From assembly GCA_965249625.1 (NCBI GenBank), contig OZ252246.1, positions 2,450,236-2,514,235 on the forward strand: a stretch of 64,000 bases of DNA, given 5' to 3'. Made by a program: the position numbers and the translations under genes. The notes beneath the pieces are model-generated. The model did not search any database and had not been told where the DNA came from. It worked only from the letters and a program-made list of their open reading frames with translations. Source of the stretch: Nitrospinales bacterium (GTDB lineage Bacteria > Nitrospinota > Nitrospinia > Nitrospinales > VA-1). Positions 36,045 through 44,875 of this stretch are shown here, piece after piece. Positions within the stretch are counted from its first letter, which is position 1; the number at the start of each line of letters is the position of its first letter.

Positions 36045-37196
36045 TTATTGCACCCGGGCGCGGATTTTTGCACTCAGGGTGTCGAGCGTGACCACCACAA
36101 TAGCGATGGCAAGTAACGCCGTCCCAGCTTCGTTGTATTTGAGCAGGTTGATCCATTGTTGCAGCAAAAATCCAATCCCCCCTCCCCCGACGAAACCAAT
36201 GATCGTGGACATGCGCACATTAATATCCCAGCGATAAAAACTGAGTGCCAGAAATGGAAGAATCACCTGCGGCAACACACCGAAAAAAACCACCTGCAAT
36301 GGTCTGGCACCCACAGCGGTGATCGCCTCGACCGGCCCCGGGTCAATACACTCTATCTGTTCCGAAAACAATTTCCCCAAAGCCGCAACAGAATGCAGCC
36401 CCAACGCCAGCACCCCGGCAAAAGGACCAATGCCCACCCAGACCACAAACAGGATCGCCATGATCAACGGCTCGATGGATCGCAAAACATTCAAACCGGT
36501 TCGCACACCATAATAGACAAAGGTGCCCATCCGGTTCCTGGTCATGAGATTGCGGGCTCCGAGAAAACTTAAAGGTAGTGCCACCAGCACGCCAAAAGTA
36601 GTCGCCATCAACGCCAGAAAAACCGTTTCCACCATCTTCTCAATGGTCAGACTCAAAGTCTCGCTGACCTGCCAGCCGCCCTCGTCCCAACTCAACACTG
36701 CCTTCACGGTCTGGCGCAGACCGCGCGCGCTGGGCGGCACGATGATCTCTTTCTGGAACGCGCCGGACACATCGGTGGTAAACGTTCCCAGCGGGAACTC
36801 CTGCTCAATGGCATTGACCCAATAGAGAACGCCCGACTGCTGCGGTTTCAGGTTGAGACCGCGAACGGTTACCGCGTCCGAAATTTCACCGGACTGACGG
36901 GATAAAACCAGCTTAGGATTTGCGCCTTCAATATCCTGGGGAATATTTTCCCTATGGTTCTGCGACAGGAAAAATTCTTTTTCAACAGTTTGGGATTTTT
37001 TCTCGCGGGTAAACAGGTCAGGGTTAGCAAGTTCTCTGGCAAGCGGTTTGACAAGATGGAAGTCGCTGAACAGTTCCCCCACCTCAATTTCCGTCACCTT
37101 CCATCCATAACTGTAAACGGCCAGCACAGCCAGAGCGATAAACAGAAATTTCGTTTTGCCGTAGAAAGGAGAACTCTCCTTTTCAGGATTGGTCAT
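36045..37196 (-). CDS. phnE: PhnE-type phosphonate ABC transporter permease with a large extracytoplasmic insert
   Basis: C-terminal half matches the PhnE pattern (GPFAGVLALGLHSVAALGKLFSEQIE.IDPGPVEAI...YRWDINVRMSTIIGFVGGGGIG). No phnC or phnD is adjacent. Confidence 0.7.
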   Translation of the reverse strand: MTNPEKESSPFYGKTKFLFIALAVLAVYSYGWKVTEIEVGELFSDFHLVKPLARELANPDLFTREKKSQTVEKEFFLSQNHRENIPQDIEGANPKLVLSRQSGEISDAVTVRGLNLKPQQSGVLYWVNAIEQEFPLGTFTTDVSGAFQKEIIVPPSARGLRQTVKAVLSWDEGGWQVSETLSLTIEKMVETVFLALMATTFGVLVALPLSFLGARNLMTRNRMGTFVYYGVRTGLNVLRSIEPLIMAILFVVWVGIGPFAGVLALGLHSVAALGKLFSEQIECIDPGPVEAITAVGARPLQVVFFGVLPQVILPFLALSFYRWDINVRMSTIIGFVGGGGIGFLLQQWINLLKYNEAGTALLAIAIVVVTLDTLSAKIRARVQ

Positions 37197-37244
37197 AGAG
37201 GTGCCTCCCTGCGTAGTATTCCTTCCTTGGCATTCATGCCCCGG

Positions 37245-37460
37245 AAGCGAGATTACCCCTTCGGGGCACGAGGGCTTGAGTTAAACATCACGTCTTCACT
37301 GCGTTCAGAATGACAATACAAGGCTATTTGTCATTCTGAGGAACAAGGTGACGAAGACGTGATATTTTTCCTTAAACTTCGTGCCCCGAAGGGGTATGTG
37401 ATATCCTCTTCATTAAACTTCATGCCCCGAAGGGGTAATCTGGGGTTATGCAAAGGTCTC
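37245..37460. mobile_element. MITE-like element, family A, copy 3 (reverse orientation, one outer end missing, internal 41-bp module duplicated)
   Basis: Collinear with the reverse complement of copies 1 and 2, from AAGCGAGATTACCCCTTCGGGGCACGAGGG to GGGGTTATGCAAAGGTCTC. Confidence 0.65.
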
Positions 37461-37615
37461 TGCTTCAGGCAGAACGCCACCGCGTTTTTGGGAAAAGAAG
37501 CATCGTGCTTCTTGCGAGTGAACCATTCCTCCTGCGCCGCAGCGATAATTTCACCGTCTTGCACCAGACAGGCTGCGGAGCCATGGTAAAACGCTGATAT
37601 CCCGAGTATGTTCAT
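37461..37615 (-). pseudogene. N-terminal ~52 codons of a NodU/CmcH-family carbamoyltransferase, truncated by the MITE
   Basis: MNILGISAFYHGSAACLVQDGEIIAAAQEEWFTRKKHDASFPKNAVAFCLKQ is the canonical family N-terminus. The ORF then runs straight into the MITE terminal repeat. Confidence 0.6.
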
Positions 37616-37703
37616 AATCAGCTAGATGATTAAATTTTTTGAGAACGCTATTTATTCTCTAAGGCAAGCAGAAGTTCATTAAACCGAGAGTATCGTTGCC
37701 CAG

Positions 37704-38084
37704 CTAAAAGCTATTGTTAGTCGGGTCCAGCGTCACGCTGGTCAGCCAGAGCAACCAGAGTCCGGCAAAAAGAACCGCCGCATTCAACTTGACCGACAAA
37801 GAATGTAGGGTTTTGAAGCGGGCTTCAAGGTCAGGCTTTTCCGTTTCGGGGGCATCTTGCAATTTTTCTTTAAGAACTTTTGCTCTAGGATTAACTCCCA
37901 GACCTGCACTGGCTGTTCCCAACATCATGATGCCCCAGGCGCACCATTTGAGGCCGACTGACCCGTTCAGCAGAAGCACCAGCAATATCAGAACGCCGCA
38001 CACATAACCGATCATGTAGTACCGGGGGAAAATGATACCAACCACTTCCCCGGCTTTTTCCCGCTCAAGGGTTTTAAAGACCAC
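37704..38084 (-). CDS. Integral membrane protein (DUF4149/TMEM205-like), start uncertain
   Basis: Three to four predicted TM helices. The frame stays open upstream of the GTG at 38084 (FIYLLSLVCWIGSIIFFSFFVAP), suggesting a longer N-terminus with an unclear start codon. Confidence 0.4.
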   Translation of the reverse strand: MVFKTLEREKAGEVVGIIFPRYYMIGYVCGVLILLVLLLNGSVGLKWCAWGIMMLGTASAGLGVNPRAKVLKEKLQDAPETEKPDLEARFKTLHSLSVKLNAAVLFAGLWLLWLTSVTLDPTNNSF

Positions 38085-38158
38085 AGGAGCGACAAAAAAG
38101 GAGAAAAAGATAATGCTGCCTATCCAGCAAACCAGACTTAACAGGTAAATAAAATTTA

Positions 38159-38881
38159 TTAACGTGGAGTTGATTGTATTTCCTCAATGATTTTTTGCGC
38201 CGCTTCTCTTGGATCTTGGGCATCGCGAATAGGCCTGCCGACCACAATCATATCCGCCCCATCCTCTATCGCCTGGGAGGGAGTTGCGATGCGGTTCTGG
38301 TCGTCACCCGAAACCTCAGCCCACTGCGGACGGATTCCCGGAACGACAATTTTGAATCCTTCACCACATTTTTGTTTGACCAGACTTGCTTCCTCTCCCG
38401 AACAAATAACCCCGGCGCATCCGGAATTTTGCGCCCGCACCGCGCGATCCAGGACAAGAACGGCCACATTAATATCTTCACGAATCCCCAGACTCGCCAG
38501 AGAAGACGCACTCGTACTAGTGAGCACCGTCACCGTCAGAACTTCCAGTCCTGAGCCTTTCACTTCCTCGGCCGTCTCAAGAATCGTCTCACCCTCTGTG
38601 GAGTGGATCGTGATGTACCGCACTCCCAATTTCTCGGCGGATCGCAACGCGCCCCGGACCGTAACGGGAATATCGTGCAACTTGAGATCAAGAAAAATAT
38701 TTGCCGCGGAATGATCCTGAATCATTTTAACCACATCAGGGCCTTCACTGATAAACAGTTCCAAACCGATCTTGAAACAACCGACCACCCCTTCCAGCAA
38801 TTGGACGTAACGCTTTGCCTCCTTTTTTCCTGGAACATCCAGAGCAAAGATCAACCGGTCTTGTGGATTCATTGTATTCAT
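38159..38881 (-). CDS. pyrF: Orotidine 5'-phosphate decarboxylase
   Basis: LIFALDV, FKIGLELF and DLKLHDIP signatures. Confidence 0.9.
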   Translation of the reverse strand: MNTMNPQDRLIFALDVPGKKEAKRYVQLLEGVVGCFKIGLELFISEGPDVVKMIQDHSAANIFLDLKLHDIPVTVRGALRSAEKLGVRYITIHSTEGETILETAEEVKGSGLEVLTVTVLTSTSASSLASLGIREDINVAVLVLDRAVRAQNSGCAGVICSGEEASLVKQKCGEGFKIVVPGIRPQWAEVSGDDQNRIATPSQAIEDGADMIVVGRPIRDAQDPREAAQKIIEEIQSTPR

Positions 38882-38925
38882 AAAGTAACCACGAAAAATT
38901 TAGGAAAGTATATCAGGACTCACAA

Positions 38926-39336
38926 TTAATGATGAAAAATACTCTCGGGATATCGAGTCATGACCGAATGATTCTGGATGCCCGGCCTTTTGGAGTCCAA
39001 CTCCTGCTTTGAAATATATGGTGGGGATATTTTTTCATGGTCACCGTAGTCCTCCATGACAAACTGGTTCTTACTGCCTTCGCCCCGACGTGGTTTGGCG
39101 ATGAAGGGAAACGAGAACGAGGTCTCTAATTTTCCCGGCAAAAATGTTTGTGGGGTGTCGAATCCCTCATCTTTCAAAAACTCAAACAGTTTCCACTTAT
39201 CGTGACAAATCTCGATAGCATCATTTTCAGGTATCCACAAACGTCGGCCATTCGATTGGAGTTTAGCGTCTTGGAACACCTGGATCAGGGAAACCCTCCA
39301 ATACGAAGCCAGAAATAGGATTTTTAAAGTTTCCAT
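38926..39336 (-). CDS. ATP-grasp family protein, N-terminal fragment only (probably truncated)
   Basis: KILFLASYWRVSLIQVF..., DKWKLFEFLKDEGFDTPQTF and FPFIAKPRRGEGSKN are the pre-ATP-grasp and early ATP-grasp blocks. The ORF ends about 45 nt before pyrF without the catalytic C-terminal half. Confidence 0.4.
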   Translation of the reverse strand: METLKILFLASYWRVSLIQVFQDAKLQSNGRRLWIPENDAIEICHDKWKLFEFLKDEGFDTPQTFLPGKLETSFSFPFIAKPRRGEGSKNQFVMEDYGDHEKISPPYISKQELDSKRPGIQNHSVMTRYPESIFHH

Positions 39337-39362
39337 TTAAATATGTGCTCTTTCCTGAGTTT

Positions 39363-39917
39363 CTAATACATCGCAAGATGTCCTATCTGGTTGAGAATCT
39401 TTGCCGACGCACCCCAGATTCTATGATGCTGAAACCAGTACATCACCCCTTGCTCAGCAGGCTTGCTCCCGACATCCCGCTGTTGCGTGGCAAGCAAGGA
39501 TGTGAAAGGAATTTCTAAAACTTCATCCACCTCATCCTCTGCAAGTTCATATTCGGGTGCAGAAGACAAAACGGAAACAAAAGGGGTGATTTCAAATCCC
39601 AACCGCGTACTGACCATAGGAAGTCGGCCTGGTACATCTTCAGGTTCAATTTCAATAGCAACTTCCTCCTCGGTTTCTCTTAAAGCCGTAGCCAGCAGGT
39701 CGCCATCCTCATCTTCTTCAAACACCCCGCCGGGGAAACCCACTTCCCCCGCATGATACTTGAGGTGCATGGCTCGTTTGGTCATCAACACATGGGTCTT
39801 ATTGTGTCGGGGATAAAGCATGACCATCACCGCGGCCCGCATGGGATGCGCGGTGGTCACTTCCCGCACCAGAGGGAAATCACGCTGGAGTTTGTGTTTG
39901 ATTAAAAACAGGTCCAT
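39363..39917 (-). CDS. NUDIX hydrolase, CoA-pyrophosphatase-like
   Basis: Nudix box GGVFEEDEDGDLLATALRETEEEVAI, preceded by an HAGEVGFPGG context. Confidence 0.8.
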   Translation of the reverse strand: MDLFLIKHKLQRDFPLVREVTTAHPMRAAVMVMLYPRHNKTHVLMTKRAMHLKYHAGEVGFPGGVFEEDEDGDLLATALRETEEEVAIEIEPEDVPGRLPMVSTRLGFEITPFVSVLSSAPEYELAEDEVDEVLEIPFTSLLATQQRDVGSKPAEQGVMYWFQHHRIWGASAKILNQIGHLAMY

Positions 39918-39923
39918 CGATCC

Positions 39924-40265
39924 CTACCAAACCTTTTTGTATTCTTCGATGTCGAACCCAACAGTGATTTTATTTTTATCCACTGCAATCGGGCGTTTGA
40001 CCAACCTTCCGTTAGAGGCCAGCAAGTCTATCGCCTGGCTTTCGGTCATGGTCGCCAGTTTATCTTTGATCTTCAACTCGCGATACTGAACTCCACTGGT
40101 ATTGAACAACTTTTTCATTCCCTTGGCTTTCATCGCCGCTTTAAGGATCTGCTTGGTCGGCGGCGTCTCGGTAATATCGAACAGCTCAAACTTAACCTTC
40201 CTGTCTTCCAGAAACCGGATCACCTTACGACAGGTTCCACATTTATTATAAGAGTACAACTTCAT
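39924..40265 (-). CDS. ArsC/Spx/YffB-family thioredoxin-fold protein
   Basis: MKLYSYNKCGTCRKVIRFL start and a LVKRPI motif, 113 aa. Confidence 0.8.
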   Translation of the reverse strand: MKLYSYNKCGTCRKVIRFLEDRKVKFELFDITETPPTKQILKAAMKAKGMKKLFNTSGVQYRELKIKDKLATMTESQAIDLLASNGRLVKRPIAVDKNKITVGFDIEEYKKVW

Positions 40266-40379
40266 CTGAAAACCTCCTTCTTTGTGGAGAACCGCAGGCC
40301 AGCGTGACGCTTCGCTGACACTATAAACCCGAGGTTACGCATTTTCTACGTCAAGACTGGTCCGAAGTCGCAGAATTAT

Positions 40380-43070
40380 TTATGAAATAACGTCAAAACA
40401 AATTAACCTTAATCTTTCCTGATCGAGTGATAACGCATTTGATGAAAATGCGGTATAGTCCTTTTCAAAATCTGGATTAAAAGTTTGCCTAAGGTTATAC
40501 AATGAAACCATCAACAGCTTCACATTTTCCTGGATTTGAAAATCTTTATAAAATTTCCGTAGTTCTTTGACCTGAACATGAAGCATAGGCTGATTCAAAA
40601 ATTTAATCAGTTCTATGCACTGTGTACGCTCTACATCCGGGTGATTGATGTAACCTTGAATGGTTGTGGCGATGGTTTGCTGGATGGGATCAACGGTTCG
40701 CGGAGCGGCTTCTAATGATTTTTGTTCTTGATAGGAACATAATATATCATCCATGATTTTTTCTTGCAGGTCAAAAATTGAATGGAATATCTCTTGCTCT
40801 ACAATTCTCGGGGTTTCCTTATCGCATGCTATTAAATTAGCGATCACATAGCGATTATCAATAATTTTATTCTCTTTAAGATCAAAATATTTCCAGAAAT
40901 GGAATACCTCATTGGCTTGGCTGTTGGTTTGAAAATAGAAAAATACTCCCTTTGATCCAGGTCGAATGAGACCAGAGTGAATTCCATCGGGTAAAGTTTC
41001 CAACATTTCCTGCCCGCCCGAATCTAGTAATCCCTGCAATTGTTGCTTGAGAAATTCGTTGCTGGCCAGTTCCGTAAATTGCTCCTCTTCTTCGATCACC
41101 GAACCGTCCTCATCCATAATTCTTCTAAGAGTGTTAAAGTTTCTTGGATTTATGGTTTCCCCGAGAACGCTGGCATCCAGAAATCCCGCTTGATCGATAG
41201 ATGCAATCTTTGTTGTTAAACTTTCTACAAGTCCTAACAGTCTTTCTAATCCTTCATCGGGAAACATATTAAAAATGGAAAGAGTATCAAACTCCGTCCC
41301 AAGACGGTCAATTCGGCCTGCCCTCTGGATCATCCGGGTAGGATTCCAGTGAAGGTCGTAATTTATTAGATGACCGCAATCCTGAAGATTTTGCCCCTCA
41401 GACAACACATCTGAAGAAACTAAAATATCTATTTCTTTATCTGTCCCTATCCAGTCCTCTTTTTCATTAGCCTTTGGAGCAAAACCCTGAACCAGTTTTT
41501 CTTTTTCCTTTGGGTTAGCACCACTATCCATTCTACGAATTGCCGCATTGTCCAGTTGCTCAAGAAATTCCACAGCAGAGGGGTTTTTAAAATCACCAAT
41601 ATTTTTAAATAAATACCGGACTGTATCTTTATAGTGACTGAAAATCAGGACTTTTTTGCCACGGAGTTCCCCTGACAAATGCTCCTTAAGGCATTCCAGT
41701 TTTACGTCTTTTTCAGGCCCGATATCTTTTATGCGCTGCCAAATATTGGTTAGAATATCTCGGTCCTGTTGCAATGCATCATGAAGCCTCCTCAAATCAT
41801 ATAAAGAAGGATCAATCGTTTCCATTCCTTCTAATATATGTTTGGCCTCTTCGCTGGCATCCAAATCCTCAGCCAAGGATGATGGAACCGCATCATCCTC
41901 TTCATCTTCCCGTTCGAGGTATCTCAAGGCCTTATGAAATTCACTGCTTCTCAATAATTTCCCATCTAAAACGTAACTTTCAAAAGTTTTGAGAAATGCC
42001 AAAGCTCGTCGAATACTGATCCGAAATGCTTCTATACTGGACTCAAACCGCTTCAGGTAACGACTTTTAAAAATACCCACTAAAGCCTGTTCGCGGCCAA
42101 CTTCAAACTCATCGATTTCAGCCCCTTCTTTCTTATAATTCTCCAAATTGTATTGAGCGAATCTGAGACTATCGACACCCGATACTATATCCTCATAGAT
42201 TCCGGCATAAGTTGCTTCCAGGTTATATTGAATAGTTCGTAATCTTCGTTTAGGAAAATGTATTTTTTTGCCATTAATGGTGGCATCGGGATAAGCTCTG
42301 CGAATAAAAGGGCGCGTTCTGCGAACGACAATCTCTTCAAGAAGGTTGAAAAGGGCAATGGCGCTATTTCCCATCCTTGAGTCTCTGCGGACTTGCAAAA
42401 AATATCTGCGCAAATCGCCAATGCCACAGGCCGAGAAATAACTTTGGTCCCCACGGGTAATAAGACAAAGCTGGTTGTAAAGATCAAACAAATCGTTGTT
42501 GATGGGAGTTGCCGTCAATAGAATTATTTTTTTCCTGGCCCCTTCACGGCCTCGCCCACCATTAGCGCCTAAAACAAGTTCCAGATTTAAATATCTATTA
42601 GACCCCTTATTGCGAAAATTGTGGGATTCATCGATTAAAATAACATCTACATCTCCATAGGGTTCTGGGTCAAACTCATCTCTTCCCAAAGCTTCTTGAG
42701 ATAAAATTTTACCCGCAATGGAAGCATGGTTTAATTCACGCTCCCACATCTCCCTTAAAGCGGCGGGACATACGATAAGAGCCTTTTGCCGGAGATGGTA
42801 AGCGAAATCTTCCAAAAGCTTTTTCCCGATCCAGGTTTTTCCAAGGCCTACAGAATCGGCAATCATTACACCGTCATATCGCAATAAAATCTTTCTGGCT
42901 TTCTTGACCGCATCCTCCTGGAATTCGGCCAGTTCCACCGCGGACCGGGTGCCCGCTGACTCTTCTGAAGAAAGGTCTCCCTGAAAATACTCATAAAGGG
43001 CCTTCATATAGACTTGATAGGGAGTGTATTCGGTTCGGCCAAACTTGGAATCGTCCAGAAGCTGGATCAA
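40380..43070 (-). CDS. SNF2-family helicase/translocase, the downstream part of a split HKD-SNF2 gene (frame stays open up to ~43279)
   Basis: Motif I DSVGLGKTW, motif II ILIDESHNFRN, motif III LLTATPINN, motifs V/VI LSEGQNLQD...NYDLHWNPTRMIQRAGRIDRLG. The upstream in-frame sequence LEQWYQRQWDDSVDF continues the PLD-domain protein. Confidence 0.85.
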   Translation of the reverse strand: MIQLLDDSKFGRTEYTPYQVYMKALYEYFQGDLSSEESAGTRSAVELAEFQEDAVKKARKILLRYDGVMIADSVGLGKTWIGKKLLEDFAYHLRQKALIVCPAALREMWERELNHASIAGKILSQEALGRDEFDPEPYGDVDVILIDESHNFRNKGSNRYLNLELVLGANGGRGREGARKKIILLTATPINNDLFDLYNQLCLITRGDQSYFSACGIGDLRRYFLQVRRDSRMGNSAIALFNLLEEIVVRRTRPFIRRAYPDATINGKKIHFPKRRLRTIQYNLEATYAGIYEDIVSGVDSLRFAQYNLENYKKEGAEIDEFEVGREQALVGIFKSRYLKRFESSIEAFRISIRRALAFLKTFESYVLDGKLLRSSEFHKALRYLEREDEEDDAVPSSLAEDLDASEEAKHILEGMETIDPSLYDLRRLHDALQQDRDILTNIWQRIKDIGPEKDVKLECLKEHLSGELRGKKVLIFSHYKDTVRYLFKNIGDFKNPSAVEFLEQLDNAAIRRMDSGANPKEKEKLVQGFAPKANEKEDWIGTDKEIDILVSSDVLSEGQNLQDCGHLINYDLHWNPTRMIQRAGRIDRLGTEFDTLSIFNMFPDEGLERLLGLVESLTTKIASIDQAGFLDASVLGETINPRNFNTLRRIMDEDGSVIEEEEQFTELASNEFLKQQLQGLLDSGGQEMLETLPDGIHSGLIRPGSKGVFFYFQTNSQANEVFHFWKYFDLKENKIIDNRYVIANLIACDKETPRIVEQEIFHSIFDLQEKIMDDILCSYQEQKSLEAAPRTVDPIQQTIATTIQGYINHPDVERTQCIELIKFLNQPMLHVQVKELRKFYKDFQIQENVKLLMVSLYNLRQTFNPDFEKDYTAFSSNALSLDQERLRLICFDVIS

Positions 43071-43258
43071 CTGATCCTTGAAATCAACCGAGTCATCCCA
43101 TTGCCTTTGGTACCATTGTTCTAAATCAATGATGGCACGCGCTCCGACTTCACTTTTTATCAGTTGTCGATTGGAATCTTTTATTTGAGGACTGGGACTT
43201 TGATCGGCGAGCCAGGAGACGGCTTGTTGCGCATGAATATCATTTGCCTCGGAAGGGT

Positions 43259-43780
43259 CTAATAAAAAATCTTGTGGGCCAAATTAAGTTCGCGGTTAGA
43301 AGTTAAACCAGGAGTGGTAAAATTTGAGGAACCAACAATGGCCACAACAGGGCGAAATCGCTCGAAGAGCATTTGCTGACCAGGCCGGTCAGAATAAAAC
43401 AGCCAGCATTTGGCATGAAGAAATCCCTTATCATACATCTTGACTTCTACCTTCTGGTTTTGAAGGTAGGCAATCAGGTCTTCAATGAGTTTTAGAGTTT
43501 TTTCCTCAAATGGTAGAATCTCCAAATCTTTTTTTATAAGACCCTGAACATTATCTGGTCCTGGCTTAAGCCCTACTTGCTCACCAGAAGTAGGTTCGGC
43601 TCCAAGGAGCAATCGGAAAGAACCCAGAGAATTGAGGCCATTTTCCAAAAGCCCAAATCCCCCGACCGTAAAATAAGCCGTCGCCACATCCAGAGACTGG
43701 CCTTTATATTCTTCAAGAAGCCCGCTCAGAACCTTAGCGAGAATATGCTCTTGGTTATCTATGACGTATGGGATTTTCAA
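43259..43780 (-). CDS. Single-HKD phospholipase-D-family nuclease domain, the upstream part of the split HKD-SNF2 gene
   Basis: FLHAKCWLF...VGSSNFT (the HxK...GSxN motif). It ends at a TAG immediately after a T6 run (plus-strand A6 at 43264-43269). Confidence 0.8.
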   Translation of the reverse strand: MKIPYVIDNQEHILAKVLSGLLEEYKGQSLDVATAYFTVGGFGLLENGLNSLGSFRLLLGAEPTSGEQVGLKPGPDNVQGLIKKDLEILPFEEKTLKLIEDLIAYLQNQKVEVKMYDKGFLHAKCWLFYSDRPGQQMLFERFRPVVAIVGSSNFTTPGLTSNRELNLAHKIFY

Positions 43781-43861
43781 AGTATTCTATTTATCCTCAA
43801 GCCATTTTCCCTAGTGTTTCATAGCATAGAACTGATATTTCAAATAAAGCGAACCTCATTT

Positions 43862-44875
43862 TTACTTAATCCCCCATCGCCGACTACCTGTGCGGGTTGG
43901 AGAACCACATTGACTTAGCAATTGTCTATATCGAGCTGGTTCAAGCGATTTTTTTATTACTTCAAAGTAAACTCTCCCACCGGAACGTCTTCGAAAAAGA
44001 ATTAAACAGGGCCTATCCCGATAATCCAGTTCGTGAATTACTAAACGAGTCGTGTGATTGGAGTATCGTGTCATAGTCAGGTGGTGATCTTCCTTAGTTG
44101 CTCGGTTTTGTAAATGCACAGTGATACTTCCCCCTTGAAGATTAGGCAGACCAAAAAATGGTTTAGCTGCTTCCATTGGTATTTGTATTTGACTACCACC
44201 AGCCCCTGTTTCTCTATCCATAATCTCAAGGATCAGATCCCCCTTACGAGCTCCTCCAAAACCCCTAGAACCTGTTCCATTACCACCTCTTCGCTTACTC
44301 CAGGTAAATGTTGAAGCAACACGCGCCTCTGCTCTTTTAACCCCAAAGTCCTCCTTCTCTTTCCTGTAACTATCAAGTAGTGAAGAAGTTAGGGTTTCAC
44401 TGGATGATTCAATCATGCTGTGCCACATTAAAAGGCTTTTATTAGGATTGGAAAAATTCATTACAGTCGCGAATTCAATATTGTGCTTAAGTCCGTCGAG
44501 AGAAAGATTATTGCTTCCAACAATAATAGTTCCAGAATCATTAAGGACAAACCAAACAACTTTGGGATGGAAGATTCCATTATAATGCACTAGAAGTTTT
44601 ACGGTAACTCCATCTGTTTGCATATTTGCCAAGGCATTTGGGTCTGTAATTCCATGATCTGTACCAACATATGCTATGATTTCCCTGTTATTTTTTCTCT
44701 TTAACCAACTTTTTGCAGCTTTTCTGACCAAGCTCCATCCTGGATTCGTTACAGCATAAAAATACAAGCGTAATTCTGAGGCTTCCCGGTCTGAAGATAA
44801 TTTTTGAATAAACGTGTCATGAAAATTGGTAAGGGTCCAAGTTGCACCCTGGGCAGTTGGAAGAAAGTTTTTCAT
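43862..44875 (-). CDS. Single-HKD PLD-family endonuclease (NgoFVII/BfiI-like architecture) with an uncharacterised basic C-terminal domain
   Basis: FHPKVVWF...IIVGSNNLS HKD motif in the N-terminal half. ATGA overlap with the methyltransferase stop (44872-44875). Confidence 0.7.
   Translation of the reverse strand: MKNFLPTAQGATWTLTNFHDTFIQKLSSDREASELRLYFYAVTNPGWSLVRKAAKSWLKRKNNREIIAYVGTDHGITDPNALANMQTDGVTVKLLVHYNGIFHPKVVWFVLNDSGTIIVGSNNLSLDGLKHNIEFATVMNFSNPNKSLLMWHSMIESSSETLTSSLLDSYRKEKEDFGVKRAEARVASTFTWSKRRGGNGTGSRGFGGARKGDLILEIMDRETGAGGSQIQIPMEAAKPFFGLPNLQGGSITVHLQNRATKEDHHLTMTRYSNHTTRLVIHELDYRDRPCLILFRRRSGGRVYFEVIKKSLEPARYRQLLSQCGSPTRTGSRRWGIK

Noticed and set aside
35944-36572. 97-aa and 138-aa plus-strand ORFs
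   Set aside because: Antisense to the phnE-like permease, or reading out of the MITE end. Composition is biased, with no motifs.
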